From Pleionea sp. (lineage in GTDB: Bacteria > Pseudomonadota > Gammaproteobacteria > Enterobacterales > Kangiellaceae), in assembly GCA_052032335.1 (NCBI GenBank), contig JBPEWV010000145.1, forward strand, positions 6,842 to 70,841: a stretch of 64,000 bases of DNA, read 5' to 3'. Every line of letters starts with the position of its first letter. Within the stretch, counting starts at the first letter, position 1. The notes beneath the pieces are model-generated. The model did no database searches. It was given only the letters and a program-made list of their open reading frames with translations, and was not told the DNA's origin. The translations under genes were made by a program, and so were the position numbers. Below, piece by piece: positions 28,114-38,984 of the stretch.

Positions 28114-29559
28114 TTAGGTATTGAGGCTTTGGCAATCGCTTTCAGAAAGGCACACTCTGTTCTTTCCTTGTTTCTTACATTGATATAGAGCTTCATCAGC
28201 ACGATCGATTAAATTCATAATTTCATCTTTGGCGCGTGAGAGCGTTATTCCCAAACTGATGGATACTTTGATGCTGAGTCGAAAGTTATGCTGGTCAATG
28301 ATGGTACGAATTTTTTCTGCTAAAACCTTGAGTGACTCCGTGTTTGAGTCTGTCGCTACAATGATAAATTCTTCTCCACCCCAACGACCAAAGAGATCGG
28401 CTTCCCTTATATGAACACGGATCAAATCGCTCATTTCAACAAGTATTTTGTCCCCATCGGAATGTCCGTAATGATCATTGATTGATTTAAAGTTATCGAT
28501 ATCCAACATTATTACACCGAAGGGACGATTGTTGCGTTGAAACCGGGACAGCTCTAACTCGATAAACTCGGTAATTCGATATCGATTCCAGGTGTTTGTT
28601 AGTTGATCGAGTCGATATAAATTTTCGAGTTCTTCTTTTTTCAGTTCAAGCTCTTCTGATGACTTGTGTTGTTTGAATACAATAATGGCAATGGTAAACA
28701 TCACCATCGAAAAAGCCGCAATAAAGAGTTGCAATTGAATCAGCGATTGATTGCCGCTGAAACTGACAAAAGGCCCAAGTTGATTTGAAGTGGCGTAAAC
28801 CGCTGTAGCAGCAACCAGTGTTTGAATGGTAAAAACCGTACGTTGTCCGTTATACATAATGGTAAATAATGCGACCGGGAACAGTAGAACACTGAGAATA
28901 TAAACGGCCCGGGGAACTGTTAATAAATCAAATATCGTGGCAGTGACCAGGATGGAAAAAGTGGACAAAGCCAGCAGTTTGGTTTTCTGATAGTGAGTTT
29001 TAAAAGGTTCAGGATTTACCCAGCTAAGAAGTAATGGACCAAAGATCATGGCACCCGTGGCATCTCCGATAAACCAGGTAACGAATATTTCGAAAAGCTT
29101 ACCTTCAGAGATGAACCCGAATGCAAATAGGGCTCCTGGACCAAGTATTGCACTGACCAAAGGGCCGGCTAAGACAGCAAACATGCTGTAAATAAAGAAT
29201 TGGTAAATGGTCGTAAATGGGTAATGTGTATTGGTCTTTAACACGATAAGATGCGCCATCAACACACAGCAGATTACATCACCAATTCCATTAAATGTTG
29301 CAGCTGCAATAGCAGAAAGCGCGGCTGATATCGTCTCTGTATTGAAATACGCCCAGATATTACCAACAAAGGCCCCAAGGAACACGCCTGGCCAAACATG
29401 CTTACCTTTGTGTAATACCAGGGCTATCATAAGTCCGGAAGGGATCCAGACTGATGTGACGTTGCCAGGTTCGATCGCGAACAATTGACCAATTCTGGCA
29501 GAAACCACATAGATCAAGGCGACGAGTAGATTGTCAAAAATAAGTTGAGAGCGGGTCAT
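28114..29559 (-). CDS. MASE1 sensor-GGDEF diguanylate cyclase
   Basis: SVWIPSGL MASE1 motif and about 9 TMs; DIDNFKSIND, READ (RxxD I-site) and GGEEF. Confidence 0.9.
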   Translation of the reverse strand: MTRSQLIFDNLLVALIYVVSARIGQLFAIEPGNVTSVWIPSGLMIALVLHKGKHVWPGVFLGAFVGNIWAYFNTETISAALSAIAAATFNGIGDVICCVLMAHLIVLKTNTHYPFTTIYQFFIYSMFAVLAGPLVSAILGPGALFAFGFISEGKLFEIFVTWFIGDATGAMIFGPLLLSWVNPEPFKTHYQKTKLLALSTFSILVTATIFDLLTVPRAVYILSVLLFPVALFTIMYNGQRTVFTIQTLVAATAVYATSNQLGPFVSFSGNQSLIQLQLFIAAFSMVMFTIAIIVFKQHKSSEELELKKEELENLYRLDQLTNTWNRYRITEFIELELSRFQRNNRPFGVIMLDIDNFKSINDHYGHSDGDKILVEMSDLIRVHIREADLFGRWGGEEFIIVATDSNTESLKVLAEKIRTIIDQHNFRLSIKVSISLGITLSRAKDEIMNLIDRADEALYQCKKQGKNRVCLSESDCQSLNT

Positions 29560-29845
29560 TGGTTGCCATCTTGTTCCTTTAAATTAAGTGTAGACGGTTT
29601 TTAGTAATTTGGAGAAAAAGCTAAAACAACTGTTAGCGTTTAGAAAAGCAGGCTTTAAAGGCATGTGAGTAGACACTTACTAAGGTTCATTCGTTTACGG
29701 TGAATGGTGATGTTTGAATATGTGAGATAACTTGTATATGGAGCAACTTGAATCGATTCAGACTCGTGATTATCGGATCTTCAATAGAGTCGAACTGATT
29801 TCTAAGTATTGTGAAGCGATAAATAAGCAGGCTGGTTTTAAGGTG

Positions 29846-29872
29846 AAAAGGGCGCTGATTGCACAGCGCCCT
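29846..29872 (-). terminator. Intrinsic terminator after the amidohydrolase pair
   Basis: AGGGCGCTG/CAGCGCCCT stem followed by TTTT on the minus strand. Confidence 0.75.
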
Positions 29873-29878
29873 GTTGTT

Positions 29879-31168
29879 TTATTTGTTGGAATATTTTTGA
29901 TACAGCTGTTTGTGACGATTATTTAAATCGACCTCCCGGCCTTCGATGTAAACCGCTTCGATTTTGTGCGTCAGATGATCGAATAGATCGCCTTGGCTAA
30001 TAACAAGGTTTGCCTGTTTGCCAACGTCGAGCGATCCCAACAATTGATCCAGACCTAAAATTTTTGCCGGTTCCAGTGTCACTGACTTCAATGCCGTAGA
30101 GGGAGAGACGCCGTAAGCAATAGATTGACCCACTGCAAAGGGTAGGTCGCGGACATTCCAGTTTCCCTGAATTGCTAACGCATATGGAACACCGTTTTGC
30201 TCAAGCATTGCTGGTGTATTGTAGGCGATATCGACTGCTTCATCGCTGCGATTAGGACGACCCCAAGCATGAGTGAAAACCACCGGTACGTTGTGTTGTT
30301 TTAACAGGTCGATTGCCTTTACCGCATCGAATGCACCCACTATCACCAACTTAAGGTTGTTCTTTTGGGTGAATTGAATGGTTTGTTCGATCTGGCGATA
30401 GTCGTTGGCGTGAACAAATAGAGGCATTTCGCCTTTGACAACTGGTCGCATGGCTTCCCAGCGAAGATCGATGGCCTGGTCTTTATTATAATCGCGGGCT
30501 TTATGATAGGCCTTAATTTGTTCAAAAGTTTCTTTTAAGGCTTGCAACGCTTTTGCATTGTCTTGCTGCTGCTCTTTAGCAGTACGCTTTTCCCAAAATG
30601 ACTTATTGATACTCGCACTGGGCCAACTGAGGTGCATGCCTACCGAAGTTTTAACTGCAGCATCTTGCCAATTCCAGCCGTCGAGTTGCATTACTGAGGA
30701 TTGCCCCCGAAGGCCACTACCAGACGGCGCTACTTCGACATGAGTAATTCCATTACTTCTGACCGTGGGAATTAATTCTGAGTCGGCATTAAAGGCAATG
30801 TGAGCTTTAACTTCGGGGGTTATCCTTCCGGCTTCGTTGAAATCTCGAGTCGCCCGTACAGCGCTGATCTCAACCAGACCCAGGGTTGTGGAGAGGCCTA
30901 TCAACCCCGGATAAATATGTTTACCACTGGCGTCAATCACTTTGGTCGATTCATCTGCATTTAGTGAGTCGGCCATAGCACTGATTTTTCCATCTTTTAT
31001 CAGTATATCGTAGTGTTCTTTAACACCACGTGAAACCGTGTGTAATGTAGCATTTTGGATCAACAGGTTCTGCTCGGATTTTGTTGCTGGGACCATATCG
31101 TGCGACCAAGAAGCTGTCGCCGTCAATGTGATAACACCAGCCAGTAATTTAACGATTTTTGTTGTCAT
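29879..31168 (-). CDS. Exported amidohydrolase-superfamily protein lacking the metal-binding HxH
   Basis: Signal peptide, NATLHTV...DASGKHIYPGLIG (no DxHxH) and C-terminal GSLDVGKQANLVI. Confidence 0.8.
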   Translation of the reverse strand: MTTKIVKLLAGVITLTATASWSHDMVPATKSEQNLLIQNATLHTVSRGVKEHYDILIKDGKISAMADSLNADESTKVIDASGKHIYPGLIGLSTTLGLVEISAVRATRDFNEAGRITPEVKAHIAFNADSELIPTVRSNGITHVEVAPSGSGLRGQSSVMQLDGWNWQDAAVKTSVGMHLSWPSASINKSFWEKRTAKEQQQDNAKALQALKETFEQIKAYHKARDYNKDQAIDLRWEAMRPVVKGEMPLFVHANDYRQIEQTIQFTQKNNLKLVIVGAFDAVKAIDLLKQHNVPVVFTHAWGRPNRSDEAVDIAYNTPAMLEQNGVPYALAIQGNWNVRDLPFAVGQSIAYGVSPSTALKSVTLEPAKILGLDQLLGSLDVGKQANLVISQGDLFDHLTHKIEAVYIEGREVDLNNRHKQLYQKYSNK

Positions 31169-31170
31169 GA

Positions 31171-34100
31171 TTAGTGTGCTCCCTCGTGAGTGGAAGAAGA
31201 TTGATGGCTGATTGTTTGATGATGGTCAGACGATTGCCATTGCCAGAAATCGAAATTGTCTTCGCAATGCCAGGTAGGTTCTTTTTTCATCAGATAAATT
31301 TGATGGCTGGATAGGTTTTTGGAAACACTATGACCGTTCCCATTTGATTCGGTCGATTCTTGCGAACCGTTATTACCCAGGACTTTCTGAATCAGCTGGT
31401 TTTTTTCTTCAGCCAACACTCTTCTCTGAGCTTCATCGTCTTTGTGATCAAAGTATTTACGACCGTCGATCCAAGTCTGTTCCACTTTAGCGTAAATGGA
31501 CAATGGGTTTCCGCTCCAGATAACGAAGTCGGCATGCTTGCCTTCTTTTAGACTGCCAGTGTATCGGTCAACCTTTAGCTGCTTGGCCGGGTTGATGGTC
31601 ACCATTTTAATGGCATCTTCGGGCTTCATACCGCAATAGTTGATTGACTTGGCCGCTTCAGTATTTAATCGGCGTATTAGATCGGGACTGTCAGAATTTA
31701 CCGATACATTGACACCTTTCTCCATCATCAAACAGGTATTTCCGGGTATGGCGTCGTAAACTTCAAACTTATAAGCCCACCAGTCGGCAAAGGTTGATGC
31801 TGAAGCGCCATGTTCTGCCATTTCTTCGGCAACTTTATAGCCTTCTAGAATGTGTGTGAAAGTTTGAATTTTAAACCCAAAGTCTTCGGCAATTTTCATC
31901 AAGCTTAAAATCTCTGAAGCCACATAGGAATGCGAATGAACGAAGCGTTTGCTTTCAAGTATTTCGTTTAACGTTTCGAGGCGATAGTTTTTTCGCGGTG
32001 GTGCAGTGCGCTTCTTTTCGCTTCGGCTGAGGTCATCATACTTTTCCCAGCTGGCTTTGTATTCTTGAGCACGAATAAACGCATCGCGCACGATGGTTTC
32101 GACACCCATACGTGTTTGCGGATACCGAATGGTAAACTGATCGCCCCAGTTACTTTGTTTTACATTTTCTCCCAAAGCAAATTTTATTGAGCCGGGAGCT
32201 TGTTTAAACTTCATTTGTTCAGCGTTAGCACCCCAACGTAACTTTATGGTTTGGGCTTGACCGCCGACAGGATTGGCAGAGCCGTGTAATAACTGAGCCG
32301 TTGTTGTACCTCCAGCCAACGCTCGGTAGATATTGATATCGTTCGGGTTAACCACGTCGCCAATTTGAACCTCTGCAGTAATCGCATCACTTCCTTCATT
32401 GACGCCTTTGCTTATGGCAATGTGTGAATGTTCATCGATGATTCCGGCGGTAACATGTTTGCCAGTGGCGTCGATGACTTGATAGCCTCGAGGTGTTGAT
32501 AATTGGTTGCCGATGGCTTCAATCTCACCATCGCTGATCAACAGGTCGGTATTAGTCAGGATTCCCGCTTTTTCCGAGGTCCAGACTGTGGCGTTTTTGA
32601 TATGAATGTTTTTTTGGCCGGGACGCTGTTTTAAGCCGAACGCGCGGTTTGGTGTTGTTAATTGACTGACGTACTCTACAGAAGAGGACTTTTGCTCCGA
32701 CTCTTTTTCTTCATCAGAAGTGATTGGTTGTCGGTCGGTGGCGAAGGTGATTTTTTCTGCTTCTGGTGAGACATAAAAGCCGGACAGTCGCTTGTTAGTC
32801 AGTCGACTACTAAATCGATAAATTCCCGGAAGCCCCTGTTTAGAAAGATCCGCAGTAAATCTGAGCTCATCGTCTGAGTAATGAGTCACTTTGATTTCTG
32901 TTTTCTCATCACCAGATCCAAAGTGGCCCTTGAGCGAACCATTGGAACGGGTTATTTCCAATGGCAAACTCTGTAAACCAACAGGAAGGATGTATTGGCC
33001 TTCAAACTTAACCGGATTAAGCGGTTCGAACTCTTTTAGTGTTCCTTGTAAGTAAACTTGTTTAATATTGCCTTTGTCGAACAGGTTGCCGTCGGTAATG
33101 ACGAGATCCGCCATCATTCCGGCCTCGATTTTCCCTGCTTTCGTAGCGATCCCGGCGAGTTTGGCTGGTGTGGTCGTTAAGGCTGCCAAAGCATCTTTTT
33201 CAGATAAACCGTGTTTAACCATGGTTCGAAGGGTTTTCCAGAATTCTTTGGTGTCTTTAACACCACTTTGAGTAAACGCAAATGAGATGCCATTTTGTGC
33301 CAGCACGGCGGGGTTCGATGGTGCGCGTTCCCAATGGCGCAATTCGGCAAGCGACACATCGAGTTGAGATTCAAAAGATGACACATCAGGTTTGTCGGGA
33401 AGACTCACCGGATGGATTAGCGGACTATTAACTTTTTTGATTTCGTCGATCCGGCTGTATTCGTGCCCATCGGCCAAATAGGCGACACTTATTTTATAGG
33501 GACTGAACAAGCTATGCGCTCGCAATAGCGATAAATGGTCGTCAGGATTAAAGACCAGTCCGACGGATTTTAATTCTGACAAACTTTCCAGTGCGGCATT
33601 GTACTCAACCAATTCGCCAGTCAGTAAATGATCGGTTTTTCCTTTTGCGTCCTGATACCAGCGAGCATCGCTCAGGGTTTGACGGATCAAAGCCATGCTG
33701 CCCATAAGTGACGAAGGATAAGATTGTTTCGAACTTCCTTTATCAAATGAGCCGAAATGACGGCTGTTGGCACGGTAAACAAGCTCATTGGGTAATTTTT
33801 CGGCGAGCGAAACGGTCACCGACTGGCCCTGAAAGATTCCATCCTTTTTAGCCGATTGCACTGCTGTAAAACCATTGTTCAGGTAACTCTCTGCTTCACT
33901 TTTTGACGGTGCAAACTCGTTGACCCAGTCGATTTCGGCATGGATTGCTTCATTCCAGGCTTTACCGCCACTGCGATCACCCTTGTATTGGGGAGGCTGT
34001 CCAAATTTAAACTCGGCTTTTCCTTCACCAAATACATAGTCACTGTATGGATCGATGAAACCGGGATAAACAAAGTGTTCAGAAAGGTCGATGGCTTTGG

Positions 34101-34338
34101 CTCCAGCGGGGACCTTTCCATTTTTCTTTACCGACATGATACGTCCGTCATCGATGATTAGGGTTGCGTTTTCGATGGTTTTGCCGGGTTCGGCGATCAC
34201 TGTTGCGTTAGTAAAGGCAATTTGGTTGGCGCTACGATCATGGAGCCCATACACATGGCTGGTTTGATCGGCCTTAACCAGTTGACAGCTCATCACTGCC
34301 AGTGTTGCAGCGACGACTGAATGGCTGAGTTTATTCAT
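31171..34338 (-). CDS. Exported two-domain amidohydrolase-superfamily protein (likely start MNKLS at 34338; ORF track starts at 34386)
   Basis: Signal peptide; domain 1 has PGFIDPYSD (degenerate); domain 2 has AGIIDEHSH, VHSH, FTHILEG and NSD; each domain ends in a G(K/S)(I/L)xxGxxAD(L/F)VI motif. Confidence 0.85.
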   Translation of the reverse strand: MNKLSHSVVAATLAVMSCQLVKADQTSHVYGLHDRSANQIAFTNATVIAEPGKTIENATLIIDDGRIMSVKKNGKVPAGAKAIDLSEHFVYPGFIDPYSDYVFGEGKAEFKFGQPPQYKGDRSGGKAWNEAIHAEIDWVNEFAPSKSEAESYLNNGFTAVQSAKKDGIFQGQSVTVSLAEKLPNELVYRANSRHFGSFDKGSSKQSYPSSLMGSMALIRQTLSDARWYQDAKGKTDHLLTGELVEYNAALESLSELKSVGLVFNPDDHLSLLRAHSLFSPYKISVAYLADGHEYSRIDEIKKVNSPLIHPVSLPDKPDVSSFESQLDVSLAELRHWERAPSNPAVLAQNGISFAFTQSGVKDTKEFWKTLRTMVKHGLSEKDALAALTTTPAKLAGIATKAGKIEAGMMADLVITDGNLFDKGNIKQVYLQGTLKEFEPLNPVKFEGQYILPVGLQSLPLEITRSNGSLKGHFGSGDEKTEIKVTHYSDDELRFTADLSKQGLPGIYRFSSRLTNKRLSGFYVSPEAEKITFATDRQPITSDEEKESEQKSSSVEYVSQLTTPNRAFGLKQRPGQKNIHIKNATVWTSEKAGILTNTDLLISDGEIEAIGNQLSTPRGYQVIDATGKHVTAGIIDEHSHIAISKGVNEGSDAITAEVQIGDVVNPNDINIYRALAGGTTTAQLLHGSANPVGGQAQTIKLRWGANAEQMKFKQAPGSIKFALGENVKQSNWGDQFTIRYPQTRMGVETIVRDAFIRAQEYKASWEKYDDLSRSEKKRTAPPRKNYRLETLNEILESKRFVHSHSYVASEILSLMKIAEDFGFKIQTFTHILEGYKVAEEMAEHGASASTFADWWAYKFEVYDAIPGNTCLMMEKGVNVSVNSDSPDLIRRLNTEAAKSINYCGMKPEDAIKMVTINPAKQLKVDRYTGSLKEGKHADFVIWSGNPLSIYAKVEQTWIDGRKYFDHKDDEAQRRVLAEEKNQLIQKVLGNNGSQESTESNGNGHSVSKNLSSHQIYLMKKEPTWHCEDNFDFWQWQSSDHHQTISHQSSSTHEGAH

Positions 34339-34515
34339 TGAATTTTCTCTCAAGGATTGCACAAAGCCCATAAGTTTCGCACACAAATGATGCCATCGCT
34401 ATCGGCCTTGAGCTAATGAAAATAACGGCTAAGTGATTGATCTATAATGCTTAAGTGACAATCATTACTTGGATTACATACTTTTTTACAAATATCTAGC
34501 TGGCCGTGTGACGGG

Positions 34516-35622
34516 TTAGTCAGGCCAAGTGCCAGACGCCGGTTGGGTAAATATGGGGAGCGAGTGCCAATAATAACGACCCGAAGAGTTATCGGGGGCC
34601 GTGCAGTTAATTCGGGAGCGGCCCTCGGGTGGATTGACCGAAAGCGTTATGGCAACGCTTTTCTCAGACCATTTAATATTTTTTATCGCTTCTCCGTTGA
34701 AGAAACAATTGAACTGAGACGGTTGAAACGGCAAAGTCGAAAAGTTGAGTTGGTACTCCCGGTTCGGCTTAGAGTGAACCGGATCATAACTATTTTGGTC
34801 GGTGACAGGCATGGCCAAGCTGTTAACTTTTAGTTCGAACTGCTTCATAGAAGCATAAGAGCCAGACATGGAGAATCTTGGTAAGGCTTGCGCTGAGCTG
34901 AATTGGGATGCCGGGCCTGAAAACTGTGTAAGGGCCCAGTACTGATTTTCTTTTAAGTAATGGGCAATGCCTAAACCGTATTCGCCATAAGGGTAGGCAA
35001 ATAACTTCGTGTTGGACTTTAACATTGTCTTTAATCGGTTTTGTGACAAGTCAATTTCTCGCCTGGCGGCTTGACGGTCGAGTCCTAGCAAGTGGGCGTG
35101 GGTTTGAGTGTGGTTGGCAATGGTAACTCGATTGTCGTGCAATGTTTTTATTTGTTGCCAGTTCATCATCGAGGCGTACTTTTTATCGATTGGTTCCGTC
35201 GAGATAAAAACAGTGAATGGCATTTTATATTGCTTTAATAAGGGCCAGGCATGATTAAAAATCGACTCATAGCCATCATCAAAAGTTATGGCCACACTTT
35301 TGTCTGGCAAAGCGACACCGTTTTTAATTTTTTCCAGCGCTTCGGCTAGATCCAACACTTGAAAGCCATTGTGATGCAAATATTCCAGATGTTGTTCAAA
35401 TTGTTCGGGGGTCGTGGAGGTCGCTGCGGGCGTTTCTGTGTCGATATGATGGTAAAGTAATATGGTCAGTTGGTTAATGGCAACTGATGGTGAATTGCTT
35501 TGATCGGTATTTTTTTCTGCGTAGCTGAGCGAGCAAAAAACAAAAAGTATTGCGAACATATACAGTTTGAAAGATAAGTGTCGACAAATGTTCATAGTGT
35601 CTGCCTGCTGCGAAATTGTCAT
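34516..35622 (-). CDS. Exported polysaccharide deacetylase (CE4, PgaB/IcaB-like); start uncertain
   Basis: ILLYHH, ITFDDGY, NHTQTH, FAYPYG and LPRF. Confidence 0.85.
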   Translation of the reverse strand: MTISQQADTMNICRHLSFKLYMFAILFVFCSLSYAEKNTDQSNSPSVAINQLTILLYHHIDTETPAATSTTPEQFEQHLEYLHHNGFQVLDLAEALEKIKNGVALPDKSVAITFDDGYESIFNHAWPLLKQYKMPFTVFISTEPIDKKYASMMNWQQIKTLHDNRVTIANHTQTHAHLLGLDRQAARREIDLSQNRLKTMLKSNTKLFAYPYGEYGLGIAHYLKENQYWALTQFSGPASQFSSAQALPRFSMSGSYASMKQFELKVNSLAMPVTDQNSYDPVHSKPNREYQLNFSTLPFQPSQFNCFFNGEAIKNIKWSEKSVAITLSVNPPEGRSRINCTAPDNSSGRYYWHSLPIFTQPASGTWPD

Positions 35623-35947
35623 AGGTTATTTATTCTGAACAGTACCTGAAAGGGTGCTATTGAACCTCTACCCATTGGATTGTTTTACTGCTTCGTCGAA
35701 GGGTTAAGATTATCACCTAGACGAAGGAATTCAAGATTCGAGAAGTTTGCTACCAGCTATTAGTTGGATTATGCAAGTTGGCATTTATCTGAAATATTTT
35801 TTATCCGAGTCGGAGTATACCTATATTAACGCCGGAACGCGTTTTAATTTCAAATTGTCCTTGTTGTGGCGATACATATTCTAACCGGGGCTGAACACTA
35901 TTCTGTGTTTGGCGTACAATCCCTCGTGTCGAAGACTGCAGGTTTTC

Positions 35948-35961
35948 TTGATCTCGGTCAA
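35948..35961. promoter_or_regulatory. FNR/Anr box upstream of hemN
   Basis: TTGAT-CTCG-GTCAA, about 60 bp upstream of the hemN ATG. Confidence 0.75.
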
Positions 35962-36020
35962 GTCGCCGGTATGGGTGATCGATAACATCATCATTATCGT
36001 AATTCAGCAGGCTTAGAGTC

Positions 36021-37406
36021 ATGTACCATCACCAATCAATTAAGTGGGATGAACAACTGATTAACCGTTATAACGTGAGTGGCCCCCGCTACACATCTTA
36101 TCCTACGGCACTGGAGTTTGATCATTCGATGGATGAGCAATCCTACATTCGTACATTGAAAAACCTGGATCAATCGGTGCCGCTTTCTTTGTATATCCAC
36201 ATACCGTTTTGTTGGCATGTATGTTACTACTGCGCCTGCAATAAAGTGATCACTCGTGACTATGGGCGCGTTGAACCCTATTTATTGGCATTGGAAAAGG
36301 AAATGTCGCTGATTTCTCAACAACTGAGCGATCAACGAGTCACTCAGGTACATTGGGGGGGAGGAACACCAACCTTTCTTCGACGAGAAGACCGGCAACG
36401 TCTCATCGACTTACTGCGTCATTACTTTCATTTTGATGACGACGGGGAGATTGAATTGTCCATTGAAGTCGACCCTCGAACAGTGACGCCTGACGATCTT
36501 GTTGCGCTAAGTCAGCTTGGTTTTAATCGGTTAAGCTTGGGCATTCAGGACTTTGACCCAAAAGTTCAGAAAGCGGTGCACCGAGCGCAGTCTTTTACCG
36601 AGGTTCAACAGTTGGTGGAAACTGCCAGACAGCAAGAGTTTGAATCCATTAGTTTTGACCTGATTTACGGATTACCGCATCAAAGTGTCGAAAGCTTTAA
36701 GCGAACACTTGATAAAGTTATTAAGCTAAAGCCAGATAGGTTATCTGTGTTTAATTACGCGCACTTACCGCATCGTTTTAAACCTCAGCGTCGCATCAAT
36801 GAAAGTGATTTACCGACAAGTAAAGAAAAGTTGAGCATCTTCCAGCTTACCGTTGAGATGATGCAGCAAGGAGGTTACGTCTACATTGGAATGGATCATT
36901 TCGCGTTACCCGACGACGAATTGGCGATCGCTCAGAAAAAAGGCGAGTTGCACCGCAATTTTCAGGGGTATACGACACGAAAAGAATGTGACCTTATTGG
37001 GCTTGGAGTATCAGCAATCAGTTCAGTGAACAATTGTTACGTGCAAAGTCATCGAACACTGAAGGAGTATCAAGATTGTCTTTCTGAGAACCGGCTAGCG
37101 GCCTGGCGTGGAATGAAACTGGATCAAGATGATGTTATTCGAAAAGCCGTGATATTCGAGCTTATCTGCAATTTTGAGTTGGATATTGTGCGCTTCTCGA
37201 AACACTTTAACATTGAATTTTGGCATTACTTTAAATCTACAATGTCCCAATTAGAAAGTTTGGCCGATGACGAATTAATCCAATTAAGTGATGATTGGTT
37301 GCGAGTTACCAGTAAAGGACGATTGTTGGTGCGAAACGTTTGCATGGCATTTGATCGCTATCTGGGCCAGAAATCAGGGAAGTTGATTTATTCAAAAGCC
37401 ATTTAA
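36021..37406 (+). CDS. hemN: Oxygen-independent coproporphyrinogen III oxidase
   Basis: GPRYTSYPTA, HIPFCWHVCYYCAC radical SAM motif, GGGTP, GMDHFA and HRNFQGY. Confidence 0.98.
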   Translation: MYHHQSIKWDEQLINRYNVSGPRYTSYPTALEFDHSMDEQSYIRTLKNLDQSVPLSLYIHIPFCWHVCYYCACNKVITRDYGRVEPYLLALEKEMSLISQQLSDQRVTQVHWGGGTPTFLRREDRQRLIDLLRHYFHFDDDGEIELSIEVDPRTVTPDDLVALSQLGFNRLSLGIQDFDPKVQKAVHRAQSFTEVQQLVETARQQEFESISFDLIYGLPHQSVESFKRTLDKVIKLKPDRLSVFNYAHLPHRFKPQRRINESDLPTSKEKLSIFQLTVEMMQQGGYVYIGMDHFALPDDELAIAQKKGELHRNFQGYTTRKECDLIGLGVSAISSVNNCYVQSHRTLKEYQDCLSENRLAAWRGMKLDQDDVIRKAVIFELICNFELDIVRFSKHFNIEFWHYFKSTMSQLESLADDELIQLSDDWLRVTSKGRLLVRNVCMAFDRYLGQKSGKLIYSKAI

Positions 37407-37502
37407 AGTCCGTTTGTTGAGTACTGTTTGGATTTTCTTTGGTGTGATTGGGTCGAATACGATCTATAATTGTGGCCACCTGTTGGCTATGAGTAAGATT
37501 GA

Positions 37503-38246
37503 GTGACCCTCCCAGAAAACGGCAGAAAATTTGAGGTAAAATGTCAGTCGTGCAGTATCAGTCGGTTGTGTTTGCCGGTTATGCTCGCCGAAACAGACAT
37601 TGAGCAACTGGATGCGATTGTTCAGCGAAGTCGACCCTTGAGGAAAGGTGAGCACTTGTTTTCTGGTGGCGATGATTTCGAAAGTGTGTTTGCAATCCGC
37701 TCAGGAAGTTTAAAGTCTTACACCATCAGTGAAGATGGTATCGAACAGGTTACCGGCTTCCATCTTCCTGGCGAGATTGTGGGATTGGATGCAATCAATG
37801 GAGGCCGACATCCCAGTTTTGCAAAAGCACTTGAAACTGCGGCTATTTGCGCCATCCCATTTGAGAAATTGGAACCTCTTGCCCGCCAAATGCCCGGATT
37901 ACAGCAACAATTGTTTAAGGTCATGAGCCAGGAAATTCATGAAGATCAAGAGCTTATGATGTTGTTAAACAAAAAGAGTGCGGACGAAAGGCTGGCCGCG
38001 TTTTTAATCAACCTATCTCAGCGATTCGGCCGAAGAGGGTTATCTTCTGCCCAGTTCAGACTAACCATGACCCGAAGCGACATCGGCAATTATCTTGGTC
38101 TGGCAGTTGAAACGGTAAGTCGCTTGTTGACCAAGTTTCAACAGAGCGACTACATTCAGGTTAAGGACAAAGAAATAATTATTAACGATCCCAGCGCACT
38201 CGGGAGTCTTGCAGGCACCAAGTGCCAATTTGAGAAAACAGCTTAG
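37503..38246 (+). CDS. fnr: Fumarate/nitrate reduction regulator FNR (Anr/EtrA)
   Basis: [10 protein letters not shown] plus a fourth Cys in AAICAIP; HTH motif [14 protein letters not shown]. Confidence 0.97.
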   Translation: MTLPENGRKFEVKCQSCSISRLCLPVMLAETDIEQLDAIVQRSRPLRKGEHLFSGGDDFESVFAIRSGSLKSYTISEDGIEQVTGFHLPGEIVGLDAINGGRHPSFAKALETAAICAIPFEKLEPLARQMPGLQQQLFKVMSQEIHEDQELMMLLNKKSADERLAAFLINLSQRFGRRGLSSAQFRLTMTRSDIGNYLGLAVETVSRLLTKFQQSDYIQVKDKEIIINDPSALGSLAGTKCQFEKTA

Positions 38247-38387
38247 TCAATATTCAAGAATGGGACTGATATTTCGTTCGTGAATCGGTTGTCTTATTGT
38301 TTACGGATGTTCAGATATCATCAAACAATCGTTATGGTAGGTGGCTCGAGGGACAATAGATGCCCCTCATTGTTGCGATTCGGTAAA

Positions 38388-38984
38388 TTAGAATCCGAGT
38401 TTCAAGAATATGCCGTATAAGTCTTCTTCAATCTGGTATTCCCAAACGCCGCTAATGGCAAACTGCTCGGTAATGTAATAGCTTACTTTTGCCGAACCGC
38501 CTGTTTTATCTTCCTCATCGTTGTCCCAATATCGAATCATGTCGTATCGGGCTTCGGCGTTAATTTCCCAGTCTTTCAGAAACCTCATTGAGTAACCAAC
38601 GCCCACGGTCTTGTATTTGGAGTTGTAATAGCGATCAAAAACATCTTCGTAATCAACCGCTTCAATGCGTTTTCGCCCAGCAAAGCCATAAGCGGAAGCG
38701 CGATCATTAATCTGATAAACATAACCCAGAGTGAATCCTTCGAAGCTGAAATTGGAAGGTCTTTCAAAGGAATCTTCAACCTCCTGTCGTTCCAGAGTCA
38801 TTAATACATTGTTATCGAATCGATAGCTGAAATTAATTCCAATTCCTTCTAAATCGAAATCTGAGGCTCGATCGCTCGGGATTGTGGCGTAGCCAATTTC
38901 TAGATAGTTATAAGTCGGGTCAATTTCGTTGGCGTAGCTGGTGGTTAGTGCGAAAGCAGTGGCAATTGCAAGTAAAATTCGCAT
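38388..38984 (-). CDS. Outer-membrane beta-barrel protein
   Basis: Signal peptide, YNYLEIGY, alternating amphipathic strands and a C-terminal Phe (LKLGF). Confidence 0.75.
   Translation of the reverse strand: MRILLAIATAFALTTSYANEIDPTYNYLEIGYATIPSDRASDFDLEGIGINFSYRFDNNVLMTLERQEVEDSFERPSNFSFEGFTLGYVYQINDRASAYGFAGRKRIEAVDYEDVFDRYYNSKYKTVGVGYSMRFLKDWEINAEARYDMIRYWDNDEEDKTGGSAKVSYYITEQFAISGVWEYQIEEDLYGIFLKLGF

Noticed and set aside
35801-36022. 73-aa minus-strand ORF divergent from hemN
   Set aside because: It overlaps the hemN start codon and spans the hemN FNR box and promoter. No motif was recognised, so it is probably spurious.
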